From: an uncultured delta proteobacterium
GTDB taxonomy: Bacteria > Desulfobacterota > Binatia > UBA9968
Reading direction: 5' to 3'
NCBI GenBank assembly: GCA_963847445.1
Contig: CAWJZV010000026.1
Coordinates: 90,753 to 154,752 of the forward strand
Length of the DNA stretch: 64,000 nucleotides
This document shows, in pieces, positions 10,373-20,193 of the stretch (positions are counted from its first letter, which is position 1; each line of letters opens with the position of its first letter). The translations under genes were made by a program, and so were the position numbers. A model generated the notes under the pieces. It worked only from the letters and a program-made list of their open reading frames with translations, was not told where the DNA came from and made no database searches.

Positions 10373-10396
10373 GGGGCGTATGCAATACGCCCCTAC
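10373..10396 (-). repeat. GTAG-type REP palindrome
   Basis: Reverse strand GTAGGGGCGTATTGCATACGCCCC between convergent genes. Confidence 0.75.
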
Positions 10397-10481
10397 CTCA
10401 GATTGTTTTGCGCCTATTGCGGTTAAATATCCGATTCCGAATCGTTTCGTTGGTTGTGCCACGCTCGGCTTACTGTGCCCG

Positions 10482-11474
10482 TTACTTCGCGGGATACAAG
10501 CCAGCGAAGAAACCGCTCTGCTCCAGGCCGCGCACGATGGCGCCGTCGATCTGATCGTCCACCGACAGCGGCCGCAGCTGCGGTTCGCTTTTCTCCAGGA
10601 AGGTTTTGATCAACGCAATGCCCGCTCGGTTCGGATACGGCACCCGCGGAACGTAATTGAGATAGGTTCGCTGAGTTTCTTCTTGCACCAGCACGTCATC
10701 GATTTTCAACCGGTCTTTGATGACTTTCTTGGAAAAGGCCACGTCAGTTTTGAATACCGCGATCGCTTCGCCCATGGCGCGGACGAAGTTGCGCGCGATC
10801 TCTGGATTTTGCCGGAGAAACGACTTGCGCGTAACCACTCCCGCCGACTGATAATCCGGAATCAGGTCGCCGAGATCGACCAATTCGCGAAAACCTTCTT
10901 GCTTCGCCACCGCCAAAGTCGGGAGAGAAATCGGTCCGCCGAAGATCTTTTTGCTCTGCATGCCCGAGAGAATCGGCGGCACGCCGCCCATCTGAATGAT
11001 CGGCACGTCGGTTTCCGGCCGCAGCCCCCATTTATCGAGCGCCAGTCGCAACAGCGCGTCGGTGACGGAACCAAAACGTGTCACGCCCATCGCCCTGCCC
11101 TTAAGATCCTTGGGTTCGCGAATCTCCGGCCGCACGATGATCGAAAACGGCGGCTTGGTCACCAGACCGACGATCATCACGGTATCACCACCCTGCGCAT
11201 TGACACGCATCACCGGTTCGATGCCTTGGATGCTAAGCTGCGTGGTCCCGCCGAGCAGCGACTGCATCGCCGGTGACCCGGCGACGTAAATCAGCTCGAC
11301 GTCGAGATCGTACTTCGCGAAGATTCCCTTATCGACCGCGATCCAGGGGATCACCGCGGAGCCGGAAATCGAGCTGTAAGCGACGCGGAGTTGCGTTGCG
11401 GATTTAGTCGCCGCTAGCAGAGGCGTTGAAAGCAGAATTGCGATAAGTGAGCTGACAAGTCCAATTAATGACAT
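10482..11474 (-). CDS. SsuA/NMT1-type ABC substrate-binding protein
   Basis: Start MSLIGLVSS; LRVAYSSISG, KGIFAKYDLDVELIY, DLKGRAMGVTRFGS. Confidence 0.88.
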   Translation of the reverse strand: MSLIGLVSSLIAILLSTPLLAATKSATQLRVAYSSISGSAVIPWIAVDKGIFAKYDLDVELIYVAGSPAMQSLLGGTTQLSIQGIEPVMRVNAQGGDTVMIVGLVTKPPFSIIVRPEIREPKDLKGRAMGVTRFGSVTDALLRLALDKWGLRPETDVPIIQMGGVPPILSGMQSKKIFGGPISLPTLAVAKQEGFRELVDLGDLIPDYQSAGVVTRKSFLRQNPEIARNFVRAMGEAIAVFKTDVAFSKKVIKDRLKIDDVLVQEETQRTYLNYVPRVPYPNRAGIALIKTFLEKSEPQLRPLSVDDQIDGAIVRGLEQSGFFAGLYPAK

Positions 11475-11483
11475 GAAAATTCG

Positions 11484-11528
11484 ACTTTCAGACTTCCGAC
11501 CTCTGACCTCTGACCTCTGACTTCCGAC
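11484..11528. repeat. Tandem heptamer (CTCTGAC/CTTCCGAC) array
   Basis: gactttcagacttccgacctctgacctctgacctctgacttccgac. Confidence 0.75.
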
Positions 11529-12004
11529 TAACCTTCCGCGTGCAGCGTCTTGCCGCCTACCTCGACTGGCTTGGCATCGATCAGGATGAAAGCAATCACG
11601 CAAGGCGCGGCGCCGCGGTTGACCCAGTTGTGGATCGTGCCGCGCTGCACCAGCACATCACCCGCCTTCAGATGGACGACAGTGTTATCGAGCTCCATGT
11701 CGATCTCTCCCGCCATGACGACGGCATAATCGATGGAATCCGTCCGGTGGTTACGCGGCGCGACGCCGGGCGCAAACTCGACGACGCGAAAGACCGTGCC
11801 GTTATTCAACGTCGTCCCTACCTGCCGCAGTCCCTCGTCGGCGTCGCCGGTGTTGTTGACGGGAAAAGATTCCGTGGTCCAGACCACACAAGCCGACCGT
11901 CCCGGCCGGCCCGCGGCGGAATTTTTAGCAACCTCATCGATCTTCACTATCGCCTTACCGTTGGTATCATGTCCGGTGACTACCCGTCGTAACTGAAGTG
12001 ACAT
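11528..12004 (-). CDS. Cupin domain protein
   Basis: RRVVTGHDxNGKA N-terminus, HRTDSIDYAVVMAGEI and GDVLVQRGTIHNW cupin motifs; RBS-like GAGGAGG upstream. Confidence 0.9.
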   Translation of the reverse strand: MSLQLRRVVTGHDTNGKAIVKIDEVAKNSAAGRPGRSACVVWTTESFPVNNTGDADEGLRQVGTTLNNGTVFRVVEFAPGVAPRNHRTDSIDYAVVMAGEIDMELDNTVVHLKAGDVLVQRGTIHNWVNRGAAPCVIAFILIDAKPVEVGGKTLHAEG

Positions 12005-12199
12005 CGTCTTTCTTCCTCCTCGAACCCGGCCATTATAGCTTTGCGCGCGATCCAGATTCGCTACTAATCCCTGCCCTGAGGCGGACGCAGAGTTTGCATG
12101 CGACTGCATCATGCTCGCCTGGTGCCCTAACGTTCAAGCTCATCGGTCTGCGCGGGATTTTTTGCGTTCATTGCGGCCAGTCTTCTCGGCTCCGAAACA

Positions 12200-12228
12200 T
12201 TGAACCTTGAACCTTTGAACCTTTGAAC
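12200..12228. repeat. Tandem TTGAAC array
   Basis: ttgaaccttgaacctttgaacctttgaacg. Confidence 0.75.
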
Positions 12229-12243
12229 GGCGGGCGAAGCGCG

Positions 12244-13026
12244 CTATTTATGAAATTCCTTCGTCCCTGCGTAGGCCCGCGGATTAACCAGCGCATGCTC
12301 TTCCTGCATCAGCCAGGCGATCTCCGCCGCCATCGGCACGCTCGCCGCTTCCATGGATGAATGCGCCGCCATTTTGCAGTATTTCAACGTCGTCTTGTCG
12401 AACTTGCCGATCTCCTCGCCCCACTTCCACGCTTCATCTTGCAATTGATCGTGCGGCACGACGCGGTTGATCAAACCGGCGTTCATCGACTTTTCCGCGT
12501 CCCAGTTTTTGCCGGTGAGAATCAACTCGAATCCAAGTTTGGTCGGAATCAGCGTCTTGAACATGGTCGCGATGATCGGATAGGGCAAGAAGCCGCGCAT
12601 GATCTCGGGCAAACCGAACATCGCCTTGTCCGAAGCGATCGCCAGATCGTGCGGCAAGAGCAACGTAATGCCGCCACCCAAACAGAATCCGTTCACCACC
12701 GCTATGGTCACCTTGGGGAAAGTCCGAATCACTTCGGCGACGTGATAGGCGCGCGGCTCCTTGCGCCGGTCTTTGCCGCGATTCTGCCCGCCTTCCGTCG
12801 GAAATTCAGAGAGGTCGCGGCCGGCGCAGTAAGCGACATCGCCCGCGCCGGTGGTCAAGACCACGGCAATCTCGTCGTCATTGCGTAGCTCCTCGAACAC
12901 CGCCAGCATCTCGCGAATCGCATCGCGGCTGAGCGCATTGCGCTTCTCCGGCCGGTTGATCGTCAACTTCGCCACCGCGCCGCGGGTTTCCAATATCGTG
13001 AATTTACCTTCTTTGATCATTGCCAA
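12244..13026 (-). CDS. Enoyl-CoA hydratase/isomerase (crotonase) family protein
   Basis: INRPEKRNALS, YCAGRDL, NGFCLGGG, FGLPEI. Confidence 0.9.
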   Translation of the reverse strand: MAMIKEGKFTILETRGAVAKLTINRPEKRNALSRDAIREMLAVFEELRNDDEIAVVLTTGAGDVAYCAGRDLSEFPTEGGQNRGKDRRKEPRAYHVAEVIRTFPKVTIAVVNGFCLGGGITLLLPHDLAIASDKAMFGLPEIMRGFLPYPIIATMFKTLIPTKLGFELILTGKNWDAEKSMNAGLINRVVPHDQLQDEAWKWGEEIGKFDKTTLKYCKMAAHSSMEAASVPMAAEIAWLMQEEHALVNPRAYAGTKEFHK

Positions 13027-13100
13027 ATCCTTTCTTAGCTCGTCGTACTATAGGCGAATAACACTTGCTGTCCGTTTCGGTCAACCATTCAGAAAGGGTC

Positions 13101-13184
13101 TTTCACCACGAAGCGCACGAAGGACACGAAGGTTTCAAATAATGCTATTCCGAGCTTCGTGCTCTTCGTGCCTTCGTGGTGAAA
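13101..13184. repeat. Palindromic element with 9-mer arms
   Basis: TTTCACCACGAAGCGCACGAAGGACACGAAG ... CTTCGTGCTCTTCGTGCCTTCGTGGTGAAA, perfect 13-bp outer inverted repeat. Confidence 0.85.
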
Positions 13185-13258
13185 ATGGGACTCCCATCGA
13201 CCACCAAAACAAACCTTACCCTTGAAAGCCCCAGGTCAATCGGATATCCCCGTGGCAC

Positions 13259-14108
13259 ATGGAATCCACAATCCGCCAGATCAGCAAATCCGTCTACGCT
13301 GTCATCGGCCCCGAAGGCGCTACCAACTTCACTATCGTCAAGGGCAGCGACGGCAGCGCCGCGCTCATTGACGCCGATATTCGCCGCATCGACGAAGTCG
13401 AAGAAGCGCTGCGGCTCACCGGCTGCGCCCGAGTCGGTTACCTGATCGACACCCATGAGCATTTCGACCACACCTCGGCGAATTTTTACTTCGCGCAAAA
13501 ACAAATTCCGATTGTTGCCAGCGCCGGCTGCGTGCAGGCGATGCAGGAGGATGGCGCAGCCGACTTCGCGCGCATGCTCAAGCCCGTACCCGAACTTTAC
13601 GAACGGTTTCCCGGGCTGTGTCTGACCCTGCCCGATGTGGTCTTCGACTCAACCACTCAACTGAAACTGCCGGACGTGACATTGGATTTGGTTTACCGGG
13701 CGGAGAACGGCCACAGCCATAGCAAGGGTGACACGACCATCTATTTTCACGAAGAAGAAGTCTTCATCGCCGGCGATTTGCTCTACACCGAAGTTCATCC
13801 AGTGACCTTCTTCGGCAATATTCCCAACTGGCTGACCGCGTTAAAGCCGCTCTTCGATTGCCGCTACAAACAATTGATTCCCGGTCATGGACCTGCCGTC
13901 GAAGGCGAGCAGTCCGGCAGGACCTACTTCAAGCGTATGCACGATTATCTTGAAGACTTTTACGGCCATCTCTTGGAGATCGATTCTGGGCGCACAAGTC
14001 GCGAAGAAGTCGCGCGTCATATGCAAAGCGGCGCATTACGCCAAGCTTGGCAAAACGCGCATGGTGGAACGCAACATCAATCAGTTTCTCACCGGAAGGT
14101 GGTTTTAG
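13259..14108 (+). CDS. MBL-fold metallo-hydrolase (apparent frameshift near 14030)
   Basis: THEHFDH, HSKGD, AGDL, IPGHG motifs; the C-terminus YAKLGKTRMVERNINQFLTGRWF* in another frame ends immediately before the next ATG. Confidence 0.85.
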
Positions 14109-15086
14109 ATGAAGCTGACAGCCGTCCTCGTCACTGCACTCGCGCTGGTATTTGCCGGCAATAGATTACAGGCCGCCGAAAAGCTCCGCGCCGCTTACCC
14201 AGCCATCGCGCCCGGCTCGACTCCCTCTTGGGTAACGGCGGAAAGGGGCATCTGGCGCAAGTACGGCTTCGACGTGGAGCCCATTCTCGTAAGCGGCGGC
14301 GCCCGCGCCGTGCCGGCCTTGATCGGCAACAGCGTGCAATTTCTCATCGGCTCGGATACCGGTGTGACTACGGCGCAGCTGCAAGGAATCCCTATCGTCC
14401 GGCTCGGAGTGACCATGAATACCCTGGGCTCCTCGCTGCTGACGCAGCCAAGTGTCCAATCGATTCAAGACTTGAAAGGAAAGATTCTCGGTATCTCGCG
14501 CGGGCGCGACGCCAGTTATATTCGTTTGGCCAAGTTGCTGCGCGATCACGGCCTCGACCCCAACCAAGACGTAAAATTTCTCTCTATCGGCGGCGGTGAG
14601 GGCGGCCGGCTGTCGGCGCTAAAAGCGGGAGTCATTCACGGCACCATGCTGTTCCCACCGCTGGATTTGATCGCCAGAAATGACGGACTGAAAGTCCTCA
14701 GCAAATTCGATGTGCCGACGCCGGGCGGCGGCATCAGCACGAGCGCCGCGCTGCTCAAGCAGAACCGCCCGCTGGTGTTGAACTTTCTCAAAGGCTACAT
14801 CGAAGGCATCCACTACATGATCGGCCACAAGCCGGAGAGTCTGAAAATTCTCCAGCGTTATTTTCAAAACTCCGACCTGGCAGCGATGGGCTACCTTTAC
14901 GACGAGACCACACGCCGGCTGGAAAAAGAACTGCGCGCCAGCCCGGAGTCGATTGCCTTCCATTACGACATGGCCGCCCAAGACGACCCACGCGCCAAGC
15001 AGGCGACAGAGAAAACTTTCTGGGATAGCAGCTTAGTCGATGAGATTCGCCGGTCCGGTTTCGTTGCGCAGCTATACAAGAATTGA
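14109..15086 (+). CDS. SsuA/NMT1-type ABC substrate-binding protein
   Basis: 325 aa; signal peptide, GIWRKYGFDVE, DLKGKILGI. Confidence 0.9.
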   Translation: MKLTAVLVTALALVFAGNRLQAAEKLRAAYPAIAPGSTPSWVTAERGIWRKYGFDVEPILVSGGARAVPALIGNSVQFLIGSDTGVTTAQLQGIPIVRLGVTMNTLGSSLLTQPSVQSIQDLKGKILGISRGRDASYIRLAKLLRDHGLDPNQDVKFLSIGGGEGGRLSALKAGVIHGTMLFPPLDLIARNDGLKVLSKFDVPTPGGGISTSAALLKQNRPLVLNFLKGYIEGIHYMIGHKPESLKILQRYFQNSDLAAMGYLYDETTRRLEKELRASPESIAFHYDMAAQDDPRAKQATEKTFWDSSLVDEIRRSGFVAQLYKN

Positions 15087-15091
15087 GACTG

Positions 15092-15161
15092 GTAAGGGGT
15101 AAAGGGTGAGGCGTAAGGCGTCCGTCCATCCGAAACGCCTAACCCCTACTACGCCTAACGG
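15092..15161. repeat. Inverted-arm heptamer element between convergent genes; possible bidirectional terminator
   Basis: gtaaggggtaaagggtgaggcgtaaggcg ... cgcctaacccctactacgcctaacgg. Confidence 0.7.
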
Positions 15162-15163
15162 CT

Positions 15164-16147
15164 TTACTTCTTATAGAGTTGTTCCAAAAACCCCGAGCGC
15201 TGGATCTCGTCGATCAAGCTTAGATCCCAATTATCTTTCTCGGTCAGCTTCTTCGCCTGCGGAAAATCGAGGGCGGCCAGCTCCAGCAACGCGCGCACCG
15301 CATCCGATTGCGGACGCAAATCTTTTTCCGCGCGGGTGGAAATTTCTTCGTAGAGATAGGCCATGATTTCGAGATCGGGGTTGCGCACGTACTTGGCAAA
15401 AATCTTTAAGCTCTCGTTCCTGTTCGCCTTCAAGTAGTGAATCCCTTCCATATAGCCGCGCATGAATCGCAACGCTTGCGGCCGGTTCTTTTGCACGAAT
15501 GCAGGCGTCGTGTTGATACCGCCGCCAACGTTGGCGACATCGAGGCGCGAGAGAATGCTCATGCCCGACTTCTCGGAAATCTTATCCGAAGGCGGCGTGA
15601 ACATGGTCGCGTGAATCACGCCGCTGGACAGCGCCGCCACCCGCGCTGCCGGGCCGCCGTCGCCCACCGACAGAAACGTCACATCTTTCGCAGCGTCCAT
15701 GCCGTTGTCGCGCAGCAGTTTGACGACCCGTGCATAGGCGGCGTCGCGCCCGGGTGTGATGCCGATGATCTTACCCTTGAGATCCCGAACGGTTTTGATC
15801 CCGGGCTGAACGATCATGGAATATCCCAAGGTGTTAGTGGTCACGCCAACCCGCGTCAAACTCGCTCCCTGGATAATCCCTGTAGTGATTCCCAGGTCCG
15901 AGCCAAGAATGACGTCGACACTGCCACCGATCAACGCGGCGACCGTTCTCCCGCCGCCGCGCAGAAAGATCAGCTCGACGTCAAGACCGTGCTTTTTCCA
16001 AAAGCCCTTGTCGGCGGTTACCCAAGATGCGGCAAACCCAGTGGCAAGCGACGGGTAACCGACACGCACGATATCCGCGCTCCACAGCCTCGATGTCGGC
16101 AAGAGGAACCACGCGAACACAAGAAATCCGATTGACAGTGATTTCAT
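15164..16147 (-). CDS. SsuA/NMT1-type ABC substrate-binding protein; close paralog of 14109..15086
   Basis: 327 aa; shares SWVTAxxGxW, GSDxGxTT, GRDAxYxRxxKLLRD and GVIHxTxxxPPxD with 14109..15086. Confidence 0.9.
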   Translation of the reverse strand: MKSLSIGFLVFAWFLLPTSRLWSADIVRVGYPSLATGFAASWVTADKGFWKKHGLDVELIFLRGGGRTVAALIGGSVDVILGSDLGITTGIIQGASLTRVGVTTNTLGYSMIVQPGIKTVRDLKGKIIGITPGRDAAYARVVKLLRDNGMDAAKDVTFLSVGDGGPAARVAALSSGVIHATMFTPPSDKISEKSGMSILSRLDVANVGGGINTTPAFVQKNRPQALRFMRGYMEGIHYLKANRNESLKIFAKYVRNPDLEIMAYLYEEISTRAEKDLRPQSDAVRALLELAALDFPQAKKLTEKDNWDLSLIDEIQRSGFLEQLYKK

Positions 16148-16213
16148 TGAAACTCCATTCGCTAAAACAAATTCACGCCCAATATCACGCCGGGCCTCCG
16201 AAGTCCGAGCGAC

Positions 16214-16244
16214 TTGAATTTTGAACGGCTTGAACGTTTTGAAC
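16214..16244. repeat. Tandem TTGAAC array
   Basis: ttgaattttgaacggcttgaacgttttgaacg. Confidence 0.7.
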
Positions 16245-16310
16245 GCCGAGCCTTCGGAAGTTACCCCTAGCTAACACCCGCGCCGGAACCTGTCAAATAA
16301 ACAAGGTATT

Positions 16311-16405
16311 TCGCGTACGGGGTCTTAACCCCGCATGCGACCAAAGGGGATGCACGCCCGCTTTGGATCCCCCATTTGATGGTGCCCGCAGCAGGCTGCG
16401 GGGAA
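16311..16405. other. Three-hairpin structured intergenic element (MITE or ncRNA candidate)
   Basis: Hairpins TCGCGTACGGGG/CCCCGCATGCGA, GGGGATGCA/TGGATCCCC and CCCGCAGC/GCTGCGGG. Confidence 0.5.
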
Positions 16406-16496
16406 CGTTTAGATTTAACAGCCAGCGCGCAATTTGACATCGGCAAGGCACAACGCGTAATTTCGACGAACCAAACTGTTGCCCGAGGGTGGAAAA

Positions 16497-16590
16497 GGTG
16501 AAGTAAGGAGTAAAAAGTTAGGAGTGAGGAGCTTTGATTGAAGAGCTCGGAATCCGCATCTCCTTACTTCTTACTATTCACTCCTTACCT
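16497..16590. repeat. Inverted-arm heptamer element
   Basis: ggtgaagtaaggagtaaaaagttaggagtgaggag ... ctccttacttcttactattcactccttacc. Confidence 0.75.
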
Positions 16591-16604
16591 GGAGTGTGCG
16601 ATCA

Positions 16605-18131
16605 ATGAATATCGGCGAATCCTTAACCCGCAACGCCCAACACTTTCCCGACAAGCGCGCCATCGTCGACGCGCATAGGTCGGTAACCTATGTCGAATTG
16701 CACCAGCGCACCGATCGCTTGGCCAATTATCTGCTCGAACTAGGAGTCGGCCAAGGCGACCTGGTCGGTCTTTCGGTGGGCAGCCGGGCCGAGCACTTCG
16801 AAGCGCTCTTCGCCATTGCCAAGATCGGTGCCGTGGCGATTCCGTTCGATTTCAATTGGAGCGCGCAAGAATGCGACGCCATGGTGCGCTTCTTTGCTCC
16901 CAAGGCGTTTTTCATCGAAGTACGCAAAGAGACCGAGGCCCTGCTGAGGCTGGCGCGCGGTGCCATCCCTGCCGAAATGCTCATCCTGATTGCCGATGGC
17001 GAACTCTACGACGGTATCGGTATGGAAAGCGCTGTCGAACTCGGCAATCCCAGCGAGCCACAAACCATTGTCGATGGTAAGGATCCGTTCCTGCTGATGA
17101 TCACCTCCGGGACCACGGGGTTTCCCAAAGCTTGCAGCATCAACCACGAAACTTACGCGCTGCGCTGCCTCAACTACAGCGTCAGCAAAGGCATGAACCA
17201 CAACGAGCGCGCCTTGATGGCGCTACCGGTCCACTTCAATGCCGGCCGCGGCTCGGTGATGGCGATCCTGTATCTCGGCGGGACGATCATCATTCAAGAA
17301 AAGTTCGACGCCGAGAGATTCTTGCAAGCCATAGAGCGGGAGCAAATCACCTACACCATGCTGGTGCCGGTACTATGCGAGCGCTTGCTGCGCTCCGAGC
17401 ACTTGAACAAATATCGCACAACTTCGCTCCGCTTCCTCGGTATCACCGGCGGCCATCTTTCCCAAGAACTCGCGCGCGAAGCGCGCCAGCGCTTGAGCCC
17501 GGGTATCTTTGAAGCTTACGCCTCCACCGACTGCGGCCAGATCACCACCGTCGACGCCGAGGACTGGGAAACCCACGGTGACACCGTGGGCAAACCGATC
17601 TGGTGTGTGCTGCTGCGCTTCGCCGACAATGACGGCCGCGAGGTGCCGCGCGGCGAGCCGGGAGAGATTTGCCTGCGCACGCCGCTTGCCATCCAAGGTT
17701 ACTACCGAAACCCGACCGCGACGGACGAATTCTTGACTGGCGGCTGGTGCCACACCGGCGATATCGGATTTTTGGACCAAGAAGGCTACCTGCACATCTC
17801 CGGCCGCAAGAAGAACATGGTAAAGAGCGGCGGCATCAGCGTCTTTCCCGAAGAAATTGAAGACGCGCTGCGCCGGCATCCCGCGGTTGCGGAGGTGGCG
17901 GTGGTTGGGTTCGATAGTCAGCAGTGGGGCGAGGCGGTGCAAGCGTTCGTAGTTTTGAACCCCGGCGCCGATTGCATCGCAGACGAATTGATTCAATTCT
18001 GCAAACAGTCGCTGGCGCCGTATAAAGCGCCCAAAGCCGTGAAGTTTGTCGCCGCGCTGCCGCGCACCGGGCTCGGCAAGATCGATCGAGGCAAACTAGC
18101 GGCGCTGACAAACCAACTGGACGAGAATTGA
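16605..18131 (+). CDS. Long-chain acyl-CoA synthetase / AMP-binding enzyme
   Basis: ITSGTTGFPK P-loop, GWCHTGDIG, GRKKNMVKSGG, LPRTGLGKI. Confidence 0.92.
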   Translation: MNIGESLTRNAQHFPDKRAIVDAHRSVTYVELHQRTDRLANYLLELGVGQGDLVGLSVGSRAEHFEALFAIAKIGAVAIPFDFNWSAQECDAMVRFFAPKAFFIEVRKETEALLRLARGAIPAEMLILIADGELYDGIGMESAVELGNPSEPQTIVDGKDPFLLMITSGTTGFPKACSINHETYALRCLNYSVSKGMNHNERALMALPVHFNAGRGSVMAILYLGGTIIIQEKFDAERFLQAIEREQITYTMLVPVLCERLLRSEHLNKYRTTSLRFLGITGGHLSQELAREARQRLSPGIFEAYASTDCGQITTVDAEDWETHGDTVGKPIWCVLLRFADNDGREVPRGEPGEICLRTPLAIQGYYRNPTATDEFLTGGWCHTGDIGFLDQEGYLHISGRKKNMVKSGGISVFPEEIEDALRRHPAVAEVAVVGFDSQQWGEAVQAFVVLNPGADCIADELIQFCKQSLAPYKAPKAVKFVAALPRTGLGKIDRGKLAALTNQLDEN

Positions 18132-18143
18132 AAGAATACTGAG

Positions 18144-19400
18144 ATGACCGCGGATATGATCGCCGACCTGATCGAAGATATTACGACTCACCCTTACGGC
18201 ATGCCGGTGCGCGCCATGGAGCGGCTGATAGAGATCGGCGCCGACACGGTGCAACCCCTCTGCGATGCGCTCGAACGCTGGCAAGACGACGACTCCCGCG
18301 ACATCGTGTGGCTGATAGTTCTTTTGGGCGAACTGCGCAGCCCCGCAGGTATTACCGCTCTGGGTCAGCAGATAACCCGTACCGGTTTCGATTTTCTCGC
18401 CACCGCCGCCGCGGAAGCGCTGGTGAAGATCGGCAAACCGGCGCTCCCCGCGGCGCTTAATCTCGCCGGCGATCCCGAAGCTGAAGTGCGCATGCACGCC
18501 TACGCGATTTTGGGCTGGATGAACGACGACGAAAGTCATTCGGCGTTAATGGCGGCATTAGCTCACGACCAGGAATTGGCCGACGTGATTGCCCAAGCCT
18601 TATCCGAACAGGGACGAGCCGCAGCGCTGCCGGCCATTTATGCTGCTTACCAGGTCGCTGAACCGAGTCTGAGATTCGCCTTAGAAGATGCGATGCAGTC
18701 ACTCCGGCAAAACTGGCACTTGCCTTTCCAATGGCAGAGAAACTGGCGCCTGCGCTATCGCGCGACTCCCCTGTGGGGCGGATTCGAACCGACCTGGCTG
18801 TTCGTGTCGACGATTCAGCGCCGCCATCGAGCAAAAATGCCAGTCGTGGAAGCAGAACCGCTACGCACGTTCGAGGAGATTCTTGGCGAGCCGTGGCAAT
18901 CCGATCCAAGCGAAGAAGCTTGCGAACACTGCGGCGCGCCGATCGAATATCCCACCGGCATACCGGTATGCCCTGAGTCCGCCCTGGGCGCGGTGCTTCA
19001 TCAAACACGAATCCTGCAAGAATACCGCGATGACGCCCTGGACGATTTGTTCGACGTGCTGGACGAAGTTGAAGATCAGATGTGGGAGATCGAGGAATCG
19101 CCGGAGCCGAAGAGCGCGAAAGCGCGCGAGCAACGCCAAGGTACCGACGACGATCTGGCCATCGAGCGGCAAACCTGCGTCTACCTCATCGAACAGGGCG
19201 TCGAGAACATCGGCGCGGGCAAGGCGTTCTTACTCGCCGAAGCCGGGCGCTTGGCCCATCTCTACGGCGACCCGCAGGGATTCTTCCGGCCCGCCACGCA
19301 AGTGCCGGAACGCAAAGTGAAGACCGGCCGAAACGACCCCTGCCCCTGTGGATCTGGAAAGAAATACAAGCGTTGCTGCATTACGAAAGCGTCTGACTGA
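18144..19400 (+). CDS. HEAT-repeat protein with C-terminal SEC-C zinc motif
   Basis: PBS/HEAT-like helices (AAEALVKIG, VRMHAYAILG); C-terminal GRNDPCPCGSGKKYKRCC; internal CEHC...C. Confidence 0.85.
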   Translation: MTADMIADLIEDITTHPYGMPVRAMERLIEIGADTVQPLCDALERWQDDDSRDIVWLIVLLGELRSPAGITALGQQITRTGFDFLATAAAEALVKIGKPALPAALNLAGDPEAEVRMHAYAILGWMNDDESHSALMAALAHDQELADVIAQALSEQGRAAALPAIYAAYQVAEPSLRFALEDAMQSLRQNWHLPFQWQRNWRLRYRATPLWGGFEPTWLFVSTIQRRHRAKMPVVEAEPLRTFEEILGEPWQSDPSEEACEHCGAPIEYPTGIPVCPESALGAVLHQTRILQEYRDDALDDLFDVLDEVEDQMWEIEESPEPKSAKAREQRQGTDDDLAIERQTCVYLIEQGVENIGAGKAFLLAEAGRLAHLYGDPQGFFRPATQVPERKVKTGRNDPCPCGSGKKYKRCCITKASD

Positions 19401-19552
19401 CTCGGCGCGAACCGAAACCGACATGCGGATTATCGCGCGCTAAGACCAAACGCAGGGGGGGCACGATACGCGCTTGTCTGGCAAAGCGGTGCTCGCCTCG
19501 CCACAGAGTTTGTGCGCTAACAATAGTGCTCTGGCGAGAGGATGGGTTACCG

Positions 19553-19918
19553 TTAGGCAAACAGTACGACCATTTTCATGATCAGCAGCACAGCCAGGAT
19601 TGAATAGACACACGCAATAATCGTCAACCCATGAACGACCACCGCCTCCACCCGTTTGCGCAGCATGAAGATTAGGATCACCAAGATGCAGCCGATCGCT
19701 TTGCTATAGAGCAATCCACCGAAGACACCCCAATGGGCGATGTAGGTGGCCACCACCGGATTTTCTTCCGGCACACCGGCGGAGAGAATGTGATAGGACG
19801 CCAGTCCATCGACGATCTGCAGCAATATGTTGGCGATGGCCAGGGTGACAATCGCACCCTGCCTCATTTGAGACTGCCCTTTGACTGAACCAACGCTAGG
19901 ATTCACGCGAGTGTTCAT
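19553..19918 (-). CDS. Small membrane protein, DUF5658-like (start may be 19867)
   Basis: LQIVDGLASYHILSAGVPEENPVV resembles the DUF5658 DxxxTxxxxxxGxxExNP pattern; three hydrophobic segments. Confidence 0.65.
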   Translation of the reverse strand: MNTRVNPSVGSVKGQSQMRQGAIVTLAIANILLQIVDGLASYHILSAGVPEENPVVATYIAHWGVFGGLLYSKAIGCILVILIFMLRKRVEAVVVHGLTIIACVYSILAVLLIMKMVVLFA

Positions 19919-20193
19919 TGCTAGAGCGGTGCCGGAACCCTTTTGGCGCAGGATAAGGATTCACATTCTTAGAAGCTCCCACAGGGGCCAAGCGGATTTG
20001 CCTGCAAGCAGCATGACACCTTGGCACCGGGCACGGCCGACCTAAACCGCGTGACGCTCGCTGCGTGCACTGGTTAATGGGGATTTTGTCGACGAAATGA
20101 GAGTTTACGGAGCGTTCGACAAAATTTTGTTTGACCGCTTCAGGCTTGGATTGGTAGAAAGGGGCAATCACTCTCGTTAGTAAGGAGACTGCT

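Noticed and set aside
9236-11276. Long antisense ORFs (9236..10225, 10380..11276; likewise 53770..54657 and 56528..57280)
   Set aside because: These are shadow ORFs of well-supported genes in GC-rich DNA and carry no recognisable motifs.
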